DNA from: a virus
IMG/VR virus record: IMGVR_UViG_3300002920_000008
Location: 1-31,878 of that record
DNA length: 31,878 nucleotides
Reading direction: 5' to 3' (one strand)
Shown here: positions 16,216 to 25,574 of the stretch, piece after piece
Position numbering within the stretch: position 1 is the first letter of the stretch
Layout: the number at the start of each line of letters is the position of its first letter
The notes under the pieces: model-generated
What the model saw: the letters and a program-made list of their open reading frames with translations, nothing else
The model's database searches: none
Told to the model about the DNA's origin: nothing
Made by a program: the position numbers and the translations under genes

Positions 16216-16440
16216 ATGGCGGAGAATAGGATAGACACAATACCTAACTTTGTAAGAGCGGAGTCACTAAGCGGGCTCCGTTCTGCAATGCTTAAAAACA
16301 ACATGAGACTTGGCGCTTTCGTGATCTATCGAGATATTCAACAGGTTGAAGAAAGGGGCAGAAAGTTCTTTATAGCATGGTATGATGAGCCATCTATCAA
16401 GACTTTTAGCACTGGGGTAGTAAATGAGTCTACCGAGTAA
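16216..16440 (+). CDS. Hypothetical small head-associated protein
   Basis: A 74-aa ORF after the capsid gene. No motif. Confidence 0.4.
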   Translation: MAENRIDTIPNFVRAESLSGLRSAMLKNNMRLGAFVIYRDIQQVEERGRKFFIAWYDEPSIKTFSTGVVNESTE

Positions 16441-17044
16441 CATAAGGGATCGCGAGTATGATAAATTCACACTTGATAGCAATGGTAACACTGCTGTAAG
16501 GGTTACTATGGCTAGTCCAGTAACTTTAAATTTTAACATTAATCCAAGAGGCGAATATAATAACGCTACCACATATCATCTTGGGGACATTGTAACATTT
16601 AACGGTGTCAGTTACATCGCAACAACGACAATAACAGGCATAAACCCTCCAGCTCCACAATGGCAGACAATCTATGATCCTGAGTTAGCAGTTGGTAGTA
16701 ACATATTACTGTTAGAAGCTGGGGAAAACATTTCAGCAATGAAGCTAGTATATATTAACAATTTAGGCAAAGCGATGATTGCTAAAAACAATGGTACTTA
16801 CGAGCAATCAAGATGCGTCGGGATATCAAGAAACGCAGTTATGACAGGGAATGTCGGGGCTTTTGTGGCTTTTGGTGAAGTAACAGATTCAATGTTTACA
16901 TTTGCGTCGGGTAACGACTTATTTTTAGGTGTCAACGGTTTTGTTACTGATGTTGCTCCTACAAGCGGTTATTTGACAAAGGTCGGTAACAGTTTGTGGG
17001 CAAACAAAGTTTTAATTAACATAACAGATACAATAGTTTTATAA
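16424..17044 (+). CDS. Hypothetical structural protein with a CBM5/12-like (chitin-binding type 3-like) motif
   Basis: YNNATTYHLGDIVTFNGVSYIATTTITGINPPAPQW fits the Y..GD.V..NG..Y......G..P....W pattern. The C-terminal half resembles the next ORF. Confidence 0.4.
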   Translation: MSLPSNIRDREYDKFTLDSNGNTAVRVTMASPVTLNFNINPRGEYNNATTYHLGDIVTFNGVSYIATTTITGINPPAPQWQTIYDPELAVGSNILLLEAGENISAMKLVYINNLGKAMIAKNNGTYEQSRCVGISRNAVMTGNVGAFVAFGEVTDSMFTFASGNDLFLGVNGFVTDVAPTSGYLTKVGNSLWANKVLINITDTIVL

Positions 17045-17057
17045 TAGGAGGTTTAAA

Positions 17058-17564
17058 ATGGCAGACAAGTATCAAACGTTAATAGCAGGTCGTGAGACAA
17101 TGGTAGAAGCTACAACGGTATCTACTGGTGTTGCTCAGGCTGGTGACATAATTGCCTTAGATTCTACTGGGAAAATTGACTTTTCATTGTTACCAACTGG
17201 ACTTGGCCCAACTGTTCAAGTTGCACCAGCTTCGGAAAACTTAAATGCTGGCGACTTTGTAAATATCTTTAATAATTTAGGTACACCAAATGTAAGGAAG
17301 GCAGATTCTACTAACGACCGAAGGGCAGTTGGATATGTTTTAACTGCTGTAACTGCTGGTAACAATGCTACTGTTTTCTTTGAGGGTTTGAACAGCGCTG
17401 TTACTGGTCTAACCCCAGGTCAGAGAGTCTACTTAGGAGCAGCAGGCGGAATCAAAACAACACCCCCAAGCAGTGCAAGCGGCGACGTCATACATCAGTA
17501 CTTAGGAAGGGCACTAAACACTACTTTGATGGATGTTGAGATAGATGATGAAATAGTTCTTTAA
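17058..17564 (+). CDS. Possible head decoration/cement-like protein (DUF2190-like pattern)
   Basis: Strong SD AGGAGG. The segments AGDIIALDSTGKI and RRAVGYVLTAVTAGNNATVFFEG resemble small capsid decoration proteins. Weak call. Confidence 0.35.
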   Translation: MADKYQTLIAGRETMVEATTVSTGVAQAGDIIALDSTGKIDFSLLPTGLGPTVQVAPASENLNAGDFVNIFNNLGTPNVRKADSTNDRRAVGYVLTAVTAGNNATVFFEGLNSAVTGLTPGQRVYLGAAGGIKTTPPSSASGDVIHQYLGRALNTTLMDVEIDDEIVL

Positions 17565-17583
17565 TAGTAATAGGAAGTAACAA

Positions 17584-18807
17584 ATGTCACTAATAGTTCT
17601 AGACGATGGTCGTATTAAGGTAGCGGATGCTATAGGATTTGACCCGCGTAACCTTGACGCATTGTCACGATTAAAAACAAGTAACACTGTTGAGTTAGCC
17701 TCGTTTAACCATAGATTAGGGAAAGAGGCAGATTATTGGGATGAGTCGATAGGATCAGGGGGGACATCGACTCATAACAGTAACACGTGCAGTGTTGACA
17801 TGGCTACCACGACAGCTATCGGGTCGGCTGTTTCTAGGCAGACGTTTAGACACTTTGAATATCGTCGTGGCAGCACACAAACTATCTACATATCATGCGT
17901 GTTTGGTGCTCCCGTTGCGAATAACTTTAGACGTATCGGATACTTTGATGATTTTAACGGGGCTTTCTTTCAAGTTTCTGGGAGCGGATTCGCGCTTGGA
18001 TATCGAAGTTCTGTTACAGGGTCAGCCGTTGACACTATAATACCACAATCGGCTTTCAATCAAGACAAGCTTAATGGCACTGGACCAAGCGGCATCACAC
18101 TTGATCTAACTAAGCCAAACTTATATGTGATTGAATATTCATGGGCTGGTGTTACTACAGTCAAATACAATGTTATAATCGATGGTAAAATAATACCAAT
18201 TCACAGGATTGATTCCGCTAATTCATCATTGTTACCAAATACTCAGACAGCTCAGTTACCTATTAGGCTAGTAAACAGTAATGTAGGTGCTACTTCAGTA
18301 GGGTCTACGTTATCAGTATCTTACTGTGGTGTATTTTCAAGCGGCGCGTCTTCTTTTAATCGTCGGATTAAATTAATCAGCAGTGCAGACTCGGAAGTTT
18401 CAGTTAGCGTAACAGATACATTAATATATGGTATCCGCTTAAGATCTGACAGGAGAAACATATCAGTTCAAGCTATCGAATATGATTTCATGGCAACAGC
18501 AGGATCTACTTTTATCTATTACCAGTTGTTACTAAGACCGTCATTAACTGGAGAGATTGTTACTATTGAGAATGATTTAATAGAAAGAATAACTGAGGTG
18601 GCTTCTTATTCTGGAGGCATTGTTATTGCTCAAGGCTACATTAATGCTTCCAGCTTTGGTCGTGTTGACTTGTCAATACCAATTAAAAATGACACCTATT
18701 TAGGTTACTCAATTTCCAATGTTCCGGATTCCTTGATTATGGTGGGAAGAGCGGTATCAGGTTCTGCGAGCATCTTTTATAATTTCTACTATAGAGAGGT
18801 GTATTAG
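17584..18807 (+). CDS. Hypothetical structural protein (407 aa)
   Basis: A long ORF in the late operon between the head and tail genes. No motif recognised. Confidence 0.5.
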   Translation: MSLIVLDDGRIKVADAIGFDPRNLDALSRLKTSNTVELASFNHRLGKEADYWDESIGSGGTSTHNSNTCSVDMATTTAIGSAVSRQTFRHFEYRRGSTQTIYISCVFGAPVANNFRRIGYFDDFNGAFFQVSGSGFALGYRSSVTGSAVDTIIPQSAFNQDKLNGTGPSGITLDLTKPNLYVIEYSWAGVTTVKYNVIIDGKIIPIHRIDSANSSLLPNTQTAQLPIRLVNSNVGATSVGSTLSVSYCGVFSSGASSFNRRIKLISSADSEVSVSVTDTLIYGIRLRSDRRNISVQAIEYDFMATAGSTFIYYQLLLRPSLTGEIVTIENDLIERITEVASYSGGIVIAQGYINASSFGRVDLSIPIKNDTYLGYSISNVPDSLIMVGRAVSGSASIFYNFYYREVY

Positions 18808-18808
18808 T

Positions 18809-19171
18809 ATGCTGATGTTTGATGATCCAAACACAAAGTTAGATATAGTTGCAAGTTCTATTGTTACTATCCTTGCTGGTGAGACTAAATCAGCAGAATA
18901 TATTTTTACGTCTGATAAAGTTTTAACTGGTGCCGAATACTTTAGAGAAGGCGGCAACTTTGGTGATGTTGTTAGTTTTCAGATAGTTCATCCGGTAGCA
19001 GGTGTGTTAGACCAATTTGCTACAAATATATATTTAAACAAAGAACACGGATTATATCAATTTTACAGAGCAAGAATCCCATCAGGTTTAATAGCGCGCG
19101 CTGTATATGTTAACAACGGTCCGAACCAAGCAAAGTTTTGTTTTAATCTAATAACCCACAAGGAAAAATGA
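18809..19171 (+). CDS. Hypothetical protein (head-tail connector region)
   Basis: A 120-aa ORF tightly packed with its neighbours. Confidence 0.45.
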   Translation: MLMFDDPNTKLDIVASSIVTILAGETKSAEYIFTSDKVLTGAEYFREGGNFGDVVSFQIVHPVAGVLDQFATNIYLNKEHGLYQFYRARIPSGLIARAVYVNNGPNQAKFCFNLITHKEK

Positions 19172-19704
19172 AAGCACAGCTTTACGTAGTCTTTTCTAGT
19201 AACAGAAAATGGTGGTACATACTCGATGACATAATTCGAATGGTCGAAGGTGTTCACTACTCACATACTGCTATTATGCTGCATAATCCCATAAGCGGGA
19301 AATCAACGATCTACGAATTAAAATTCCCAAAAGGAAGGTCGATCGATCTAGTTGAATGGCTTAAGGAGCATCAGTTAAGGGAAATATTTTTGATCGATGA
19401 GCAGTTTGATACCATGTCAAGCGATCATTATGTTCTTTTGAACATGGTTAACAAGCCATATTCGATAATTCAATTACTGGTGATAGGTTTTGGGATGATT
19501 TGCTTGCCTTTTGGTAGAATACTATCATCTGCAAGGATCAACGGTAACAGAGCAAAGATATGTACAGAGCTTGTAGCTAGGTTTTTAAGCCGTTGTTATG
19601 GGGTAAGACTCAGGAAGTCGCCGGACATGATGGCGTTAAAAGACACTTTTAATTTAGTTAAAACGTTCGTAGAATCTAAGAAGAGGCTAGGCGATGGCGT
19701 TTAA
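19168..19704 (+). CDS. Possible permuted papain-like (YiiX / Peptidase_C92-like) hydrolase
   Basis: A His-first then Cys arrangement: VHYSHTAIML ... PYS ... AKICTELVARFL. This resembles the H...CSELV signature of that family. Call from memory. Confidence 0.3.
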   Translation: MKAQLYVVFSSNRKWWYILDDIIRMVEGVHYSHTAIMLHNPISGKSTIYELKFPKGRSIDLVEWLKEHQLREIFLIDEQFDTMSSDHYVLLNMVNKPYSIIQLLVIGFGMICLPFGRILSSARINGNRAKICTELVARFLSRCYGVRLRKSPDMMALKDTFNLVKTFVESKKRLGDGV

Positions 19705-20407
19705 GTTACTTCAGTATGATAGTATAGTTCAAACTGGTGATTTGGTGCGATTAGACGCTTCCAAGACTTTTAGTCCAAAGGGTAGTCCTGGGATTACTAC
19801 TGTTGAGATTGAGCCTGAAGCGGGTAATGGTTTTATAAATGTTACCGGCTCAACACCTATACAGCCTAGAAACTGGTATTTGGATTGGATATATCTGACC
19901 AATGGAGTAAAGACAATCACTTTAAGGGTAACCGAGACCGGTCCAATTGTTAGCACTCAGACATTTCAGATTAATGTGCTTACTGCTACTGAGGATAATT
20001 TGTATTCGAGCGATCAAGATCTTGTTGGGTTGGAGCATGATATCTTAAGTTACCTTCCACAAGGTAGATCAAGTTACAATTATGTTCATCGCAAGGCGCA
20101 AAAGGAAATATTAGAGTGGCTTGATCAGATAAGGCTATACCGTCGTGACGGTTCAAGATTACAGAAACAAGACTTAAACATAGTGCAGGACATACGAGAG
20201 TTGTCAGCAAACTGGGCTTTAATGCTCATATTTCATGACTTGAGTAACAAAACAGACGACAAGTTTTATCAAAAGTATTTAGGTTATCGGACAAAAGTTG
20301 AGGCGATGAAGAACAGAGGGCGCATCCAAGCGGATTTAGATGGAAGCGGCGGAATTGATGAATCTGAGCGCGTGGATGTTCGCTCGTTTAAGATGGTGAG
20401 GAGATGA
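19694..20407 (+). CDS. Hypothetical protein (connector / tail completion region)
   Basis: A 237-aa ORF that overlaps its neighbours by a few nt. Confidence 0.45.
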   Translation: MAFKLLQYDSIVQTGDLVRLDASKTFSPKGSPGITTVEIEPEAGNGFINVTGSTPIQPRNWYLDWIYLTNGVKTITLRVTETGPIVSTQTFQINVLTATEDNLYSSDQDLVGLEHDILSYLPQGRSSYNYVHRKAQKEILEWLDQIRLYRRDGSRLQKQDLNIVQDIRELSANWALMLIFHDLSNKTDDKFYQKYLGYRTKVEAMKNRGRIQADLDGSGGIDESERVDVRSFKMVRR

Positions 20408-20826
20408 GTGTTAATATAGCTTTTGAATATATTGAAGCAAAGGTTACTTCTGAGGGGTTTACCCAGTGGGAAGCTCCTTTTGATACTAGTAACATTGCAT
20501 CAACCATAATAGACCAGTCGTTTCATGTTGCTTTAACCTCTAGTGTTCGAGAGAGTCAGGGTAACCAATCAATCACATTGCGCCATGGGTTTGATGTTAG
20601 CCTGTTCTTTAAAGGATATAGGAACACGAAGGAAGAGGCACATGAGTTACTTGCTAGGGCGGAATCAGTGATTTTAGCACTATGCGGGTATAACAATGAT
20701 TGGAATTCAATTAATTCGGTTCAGTTCCAAAGGCTTGAGCTGTTACCGTTCGACGAGACTGATAATAACAGTATCCTAGTCGCTGTTATTTCAATCGATG
20801 TAATAATAAGCCTATGCTTTAACTAA
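20404..20826 (+). CDS. Hypothetical protein, possible tail terminator/completion protein
   Basis: A 140-aa ORF immediately upstream of the major tail gene. Assigned by position only. Confidence 0.35.
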   Translation: MSVNIAFEYIEAKVTSEGFTQWEAPFDTSNIASTIIDQSFHVALTSSVRESQGNQSITLRHGFDVSLFFKGYRNTKEEAHELLARAESVILALCGYNNDWNSINSVQFQRLELLPFDETDNNSILVAVISIDVIISLCFN

Positions 20827-20840
20827 AAAAGGAGTTTAAA

Positions 20841-21770
20841 ATGTCTTGCCAAACCCAGAACTTTCAGCTTGGAGTTAGGAACATCCTAATAGGTGAGAAC
20901 AGACCTCAGGTGTTCTGTATTGTAACCCGAAAGGATGTAGCAGGCTCTTTAGCTGGTAAATATTTTGTCTTTCATGCTCCAGTAACACAAGCTAAGCATT
21001 ATGTATGGTATGAAATAGTTGGGAACACAAATTCAGTTGATCCATCCATCCCAAATGCCACAATGCACAAAGTAACAATATTGGCCAACGACACGGCCGC
21101 AGCCGTTGCAACTAAGACGGCCACTGTTTTATCGTCACTAGCAATCATTAATAGCGCTGTTGCTACTGGTAATCACATTGAAGTGAAATTTCAGAACAAT
21201 GGGTATGCTTATGAGGCCCGTGACGCATTGATCCCAGCTAAAAAGACGGGTTTCCAAATTACAGTTTCGAAGTTTGGTTCAGTACAAGCAGATGCAGGAC
21301 CAACCCAAGGGGATATAACACTTAGTATTGAACAGCAGTTCGTTGACATCACAAGTCCACAGACTGGGGACTTTGTTTTAGGTCAGATTAGACGCGGCGT
21401 CACTGTCTCAATGTCGTTTGAATTGAAGTCAACTGCTGAAGCTAATATTAGAGAGGCGTTAAACTACTACGGCGGTACATATGTAACCGACGATGCTGAC
21501 AGCGCGGTGTTATCTGGTTACGGATCAAATAACATTTTTAAGTCTTTCGATGATGTTGCTGTTCCAGTTATATTAAGGGAGCCAGCTTTAGCTGCTGAAA
21601 ATGACCCTTCAAGGGATATCACTTTAGTGAAGGCGAAAGTCGCTTTAGGTGAAGTTACCTTTAGTGCAGAGAGCGAATTAGTGTTACCCATTGAGGTAAC
21701 TGGATACTTAGATCAATCTAAGTTTTCTGGTCTAAATCTACTCAAGTTTGGTGACTCTACTAAGTTATAA
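20841..21770 (+). CDS. Major tail (tube) protein
   Basis: Directly upstream of the G/GT chaperone pair and the tape measure. It has the same strong leader as the capsid gene (AAAAAGGAGTTTAAA) and is followed by a terminator hairpin. Confidence 0.6.
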   Translation: MSCQTQNFQLGVRNILIGENRPQVFCIVTRKDVAGSLAGKYFVFHAPVTQAKHYVWYEIVGNTNSVDPSIPNATMHKVTILANDTAAAVATKTATVLSSLAIINSAVATGNHIEVKFQNNGYAYEARDALIPAKKTGFQITVSKFGSVQADAGPTQGDITLSIEQQFVDITSPQTGDFVLGQIRRGVTVSMSFELKSTAEANIREALNYYGGTYVTDDADSAVLSGYGSNNIFKSFDDVAVPVILREPALAAENDPSRDITLVKAKVALGEVTFSAESELVLPIEVTGYLDQSKFSGLNLLKFGDSTKL

Positions 21771-21792
21771 TTAAAAAAATGTTGCTTTTTTG

Positions 21793-21826
21793 TCCCCTCT
21801 GGTTATGCTGGAGGGGAATTTTAATT
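21793..21826 (+). terminator. Intrinsic terminator / attenuator after the major tail gene
   Basis: A 7-bp GC-rich stem, TCCCCTC (21793-21799) pairing with GAGGGGA (21811-21817), with an 11-nt loop. It is followed by ATTTTAATT. Confidence 0.5.
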
Positions 21827-21838
21827 AGAGGGGTTTCA

Positions 21839-22096
21839 ATGAGTCATTTTATCGCAAAGCGCAAGGATCTAACAATAGAGATCGAAGGAGAAGTTGTTAC
21901 CATTAAAAGTCCTAAGATTGCTCAATTCGAAGCATTGCAGGAGGCATTAAAGGGCGCTTCAGATTCTGAAATCTACAAAGTTTATAAGTCTTGGTTTGTC
22001 GATATTGGTATCCCATCGAGATTAGTAGATGAGTTAGACAACGACGATTTCGTGGGTCTAGTTAAATTCATTTCTGAGCCTAGTAAAAAAAAATAA
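21839..22096 (+). CDS. Tail assembly chaperone (G-like), start moved to the ATG at 21839
   Basis: The track start at 21779 would read through the terminator hairpin. The ATG at 21839 (MSHFIAKRK) follows the SD AGAGGGG. The gene ends in a run of nine A just before the tape measure gene. Confidence 0.65.
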   Translation: MSHFIAKRKDLTIEIEGEVVTIKSPKIAQFEALQEALKGASDSEIYKVYKSWFVDIGIPSRLVDELDNDDFVGLVKFISEPSKKK

Positions 22097-22395
22097 GTAA
22101 CTGGGATTTAGCAAAAGCAGAAATCTGTGCTTTCTACGGCTGGACCCCAAGAGATTTAGACGAGATAACTTTAAAAGAATTCTATGCATATCAAAGAGCG
22201 ATTATCGTATTAGAAGCCAATCGACAGTTGCGAGCTATGCAAGTTTCCGATTATCCTCATCTTAAGGACGAAGCAAGGAAGCGGATACTTAAGTCCTTAG
22301 AGAAGCAGCTACAGAGCAATATAGATAGCGAAACAAAATCTTCTAAGAAGGTTTTGAGTAACGAAGAGCTAATGAAATTAATTTCGGGACGATAG
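21839..22395 (+). CDS. Tail assembly chaperone frameshift product (GT-like) made by -1 slippage in the A-run at 22085-22093
   Basis: The -1 frame is open from 22087 to the TAG at 22393-22395 with no start codon of its own. It ends exactly at the tape measure ATG (22396). This is the classic arrangement in long-tailed phages. Confidence 0.6.
22085..22093 (+). other. Slippery sequence AAAAAAAAA for the programmed -1 frameshift
   Basis: Nine consecutive A covering the last three Lys codons of the G-like ORF. Confidence 0.6.
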
Positions 22396-24804
22396 ATGGC
22401 TGATGATAAGAAGCTAGTCATAGAAGCGGTCTTAGATACGAGTCAAACACAGGCAGCTTTTGAAGATATTAGCAAATCCGGTAACAAGGCTGCTAGCTCA
22501 TTACAGAGCGGCTTTTCAAAGGCTAATCCATTGACTGGATTGAATTCAGAGTTATCAAACGCAAGCCGTGGCTTTGATCTATTAGGCGTTAGCTTGTCAC
22601 GAGCATTGTTACCATTAGCAGCATTATCTACGGCAATTTTAGCAGTAAAGAAGGCCATTGAACTGATTAGCGAATCAGAGAGGAACGAGCAATTAGTCAA
22701 CTCTTTTAATGCTGCTGCGGCTAGTGCTGGCGTATTGGGTGACAATCTTTCACGGGCGTTAGAGAGGGCGGCAGCAAGCACGGCTGATCTTGAGGATGTT
22801 TTAAAGGTTGCTACCCAAGGCGCTAACGAATTGGGGAAGGGTGTAGAACGTTACCCTGAGCTGCTGGAGTTAGCGAGAAAGGCATCGATTCAGTTTGGTG
22901 GTTCAGTAATTGAAAACTTTGAGAGATTAAACAATGCCATTGTTTCAGGCTCTACTAGGAGCATTAGAGACATAGCTGTTATAGATGTTACCAAGGCACA
23001 AAAGGAATACGCTGAGGCTTTAGGCACTACAATTGACCAATTGACAGAGCAGGAAAAGAGACAAGCGACACTCAACGCTGTTTTGGAGAAGGGTAGCAAG
23101 AATCTACAAGCTGTAAAAACAGATCAAGAAAATTTAGCTACTACGATTGCTAGGGGCAAAGTCGTCATTGGTGAGACTTTTGAGGCATTGGGCGACCGAT
23201 TAAGGGAAACTCTTGGCGTTTCTCTTCAGGATGTTGCAAAGTATTTCGTTGATATCATTGCAAAGCTTAGAGATTTCATAAAGCCAGCTCCAGAGATAGA
23301 GCGCGTGCGATCAAGAATAGATGCGATCAATTCAGAGTTACAGAACGTAGATTCTACATTTAACAAGGTAGCTGGATCGGTTGCGAATTTCTTCGGGTTT
23401 AAGACAAAAGACAAGCGCACTGAGCTACAAGCAGAGCTTGAATCATTGCAAAGCAGGTTAAAGGAACTTGAGCAATCTGAGAAACTTAAAATCGAGATTA
23501 AGACAGAGATCAAACCCCCAAAAGATCCAGAAATAGAGCGCATCGCATTAGACAATCAAGCAAAATTCAATGCTAAGTTATCTGAGTTAAACAAGGCAGC
23601 ACAGGATGCGCAATTTCAGGCAAGACTTGCACAGGCTAAGAGTAACGAACAGCGTTACCGTATAGAGCTAGAAAGATTGGCTATTGATAGTGCCAATAGG
23701 CTTCAAGATATTGATAAGGAGTTGGGGAATCTAAGATTCATTTCAGATGTGAAGTTAAATGAGGCTAGACTTGCCGAGGTTGCTAGATTCAACGCAGAGG
23801 TAATTAAACTTGAAGCTAAGCGTGAGCAAGACAAGAATTCTGAGTTAAAAAAATTGGTTAATCCTACAATCGACACAGAAGCAGAAAGAATAGCATTAGA
23901 GAATCAGGCTGCTTTTAATGCAAAACTAGCCGAATTAAACAGAGAAGCAAGAGAGGCTGAATTTCAAGCGAGACTTGCTCAGGCACAAACAAAACAAGAG
24001 GCCTATCAGATAGAGCTAGAAAGATTGGCAATTGATAGCGCTAATAGGCTTCAGGCTATTGACAACGAATTTGGTAACTTAAGGTTTGTTTCAGATGCAC
24101 AGAGGAATGAAGCACGACTTGCTGAGGTTGCTAGGTTTAATGCTGAAGTAATGAAACTTGAGGCTAAGCACACGCAAGACCAGATCAAGGAACAGCAGCG
24201 AAGACAGCAGCTAATACTGCAAATTAACGCTGCTACCCAACAAGCTTTAGTGTCAGTAACAAGCTCAGCATTTCAGGCGTTGGGGGCATCATTGCTTAAT
24301 GGCGGCAAGGCTTGGAGTAACTTCAGTGCTACTGTTTTGGGAATTTTAGGCGACTTGCTAATCAATATTGGTCAAAGCATTATTGCTGCAAGCAGTGCGA
24401 TCAAAGCTCTTGCTATTGCACTTGCAAATCCTTTTGGTTTTTTAGGCGGCTTAGTTGCAGGTGGTGCTTTGATTGCATTAGGAGCTGCTTTAAAAGCATT
24501 AGCCAATTCTAAAAGCAAGGCTGCTGCTAGTTATGGGGGCGGATCAGTAGCAACATATACTCCCCCACCGCCACCCACCCCAACTTTTGGAGGCGGCGTT
24601 ACAGATGTGGGCGGGCAACCTGTAAACTTAGGTAACTCAAATAATTATGATTTCCAAGAGAGGGATCGACAGGTTAGACAGGATGTGCAAGTAATTATAC
24701 AAGGTGACGTTTTGGATTCTGATGAGACTGGATTAAGGATCGTTGAGCTTATAAATAAGGCTTTTGACAAACAGGGTGTTACCGTTCGAAGAGGATACGC
24801 ATAA
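22396..24804 (+). CDS. Tape measure protein
   Basis: An 802-aa protein directly after the G/GT pair. It has long coiled-coil segments, a Gly/Ala-rich hydrophobic segment (GILGDLLINIGQSIIAASSAIKALAIALANPFGFLGGLVAGGALIALGAALKAL) and an internal duplication. Confidence 0.85.
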   Translation: MADDKKLVIEAVLDTSQTQAAFEDISKSGNKAASSLQSGFSKANPLTGLNSELSNASRGFDLLGVSLSRALLPLAALSTAILAVKKAIELISESERNEQLVNSFNAAAASAGVLGDNLSRALERAAASTADLEDVLKVATQGANELGKGVERYPELLELARKASIQFGGSVIENFERLNNAIVSGSTRSIRDIAVIDVTKAQKEYAEALGTTIDQLTEQEKRQATLNAVLEKGSKNLQAVKTDQENLATTIARGKVVIGETFEALGDRLRETLGVSLQDVAKYFVDIIAKLRDFIKPAPEIERVRSRIDAINSELQNVDSTFNKVAGSVANFFGFKTKDKRTELQAELESLQSRLKELEQSEKLKIEIKTEIKPPKDPEIERIALDNQAKFNAKLSELNKAAQDAQFQARLAQAKSNEQRYRIELERLAIDSANRLQDIDKELGNLRFISDVKLNEARLAEVARFNAEVIKLEAKREQDKNSELKKLVNPTIDTEAERIALENQAAFNAKLAELNREAREAEFQARLAQAQTKQEAYQIELERLAIDSANRLQAIDNEFGNLRFVSDAQRNEARLAEVARFNAEVMKLEAKHTQDQIKEQQRRQQLILQINAATQQALVSVTSSAFQALGASLLNGGKAWSNFSATVLGILGDLLINIGQSIIAASSAIKALAIALANPFGFLGGLVAGGALIALGAALKALANSKSKAAASYGGGSVATYTPPPPPTPTFGGGVTDVGGQPVNLGNSNNYDFQERDRQVRQDVQVIIQGDVLDSDETGLRIVELINKAFDKQGVTVRRGYA
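23536..24168 (+). repeat. Tandem in-frame duplication inside the tape measure gene (two ~285-nt cores, period 348 nt = 116 aa)
   Basis: ERIALDNQAKFNAKLSELNKAAQDAQFQARLAQA...LAEVARFNAEVIKLEAK is repeated as ERIALENQAAFNAKLAELNREAREAEFQARLAQA...LAEVARFNAEVMKLEAK. The DNA copies are clearly alignable by eye. Confidence 0.85.
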
Positions 24805-25574
24805 TGTTGGAAACAAGGTCACAGTTCCTTTACGGGTTGAAGATCAAAGCAGGGGAAAACTATTTAAGTTTCGTTGAGGCCTCAACCCCTTCACAGCAGA
24901 GATCTGCAACTTTAAAGCCTATTGGGTATTCTTTAACAAGCTTAAGATCAGAGCTTGAATCCGCTATGAACGCAGCCGGCAATCAAACTTATACAGTTAC
25001 TTTAAATCAAGATACAAGGACACTGACGATAAGTGCTGCGGGTAACTTTAATATTTTGATTAATTCTGGTCCGTTTAATGGTTCTAGCATCTGGGGGGTA
25101 TTAGGCCTTGGGTTTACTGATAAAACTGGTAGTAACACGTATACTACTCAACCGATTGGAATATTATACAAGCCACAATTCTACTTACTTGATTACGTTG
25201 ATGGTCTAAACAATCAGCGTCCAATTGATTCTGTGAAGCATGAGACGTCATCCGGTCTTGTGGAGGTGGTAAGATATGGAACACGTTACCTATATGAAAT
25301 GACAATAGATTTTATAACAAATATTCCGCAAGATCCTAGCGGCTGGATTGAGACAGATACAACAGCCGTTGAGAAAGCTAGAGCTTTTTTAGAATATGTT
25401 ACTGCCCAAAACGTCGTGGATTTTTACCCCGATCGAGATTCATCCGATTTCATAACCTTAGCTTTGCACGCGACACAACAGGACTCAAACGGTCTTGGAT
25501 TTAAGATAAGTGAAAAGCAAGGGTTACTAGGATATTACACAACAGGTCTATTGACCTTTAGAAAGGTGTTATAA
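24804..25574 (+). CDS. Tail component at the distal-tail-protein position
   Basis: A 256-aa ORF coupled to the end of the tape measure gene (ATAATG overlap). Assigned by position only. Confidence 0.4.
   Translation: MLETRSQFLYGLKIKAGENYLSFVEASTPSQQRSATLKPIGYSLTSLRSELESAMNAAGNQTYTVTLNQDTRTLTISAAGNFNILINSGPFNGSSIWGVLGLGFTDKTGSNTYTTQPIGILYKPQFYLLDYVDGLNNQRPIDSVKHETSSGLVEVVRYGTRYLYEMTIDFITNIPQDPSGWIETDTTAVEKARAFLEYVTAQNVVDFYPDRDSSDFITLALHATQQDSNGLGFKISEKQGLLGYYTTGLLTFRKVL

Noticed and set aside
21779-21838. Upstream ATG at 21779 as the start of the G-like chaperone
   Set aside because: This extension (MLLFCPLWLCWRGILIRGVS) would be translated through the terminator hairpin. The ATG at 21839 has a proper SD.
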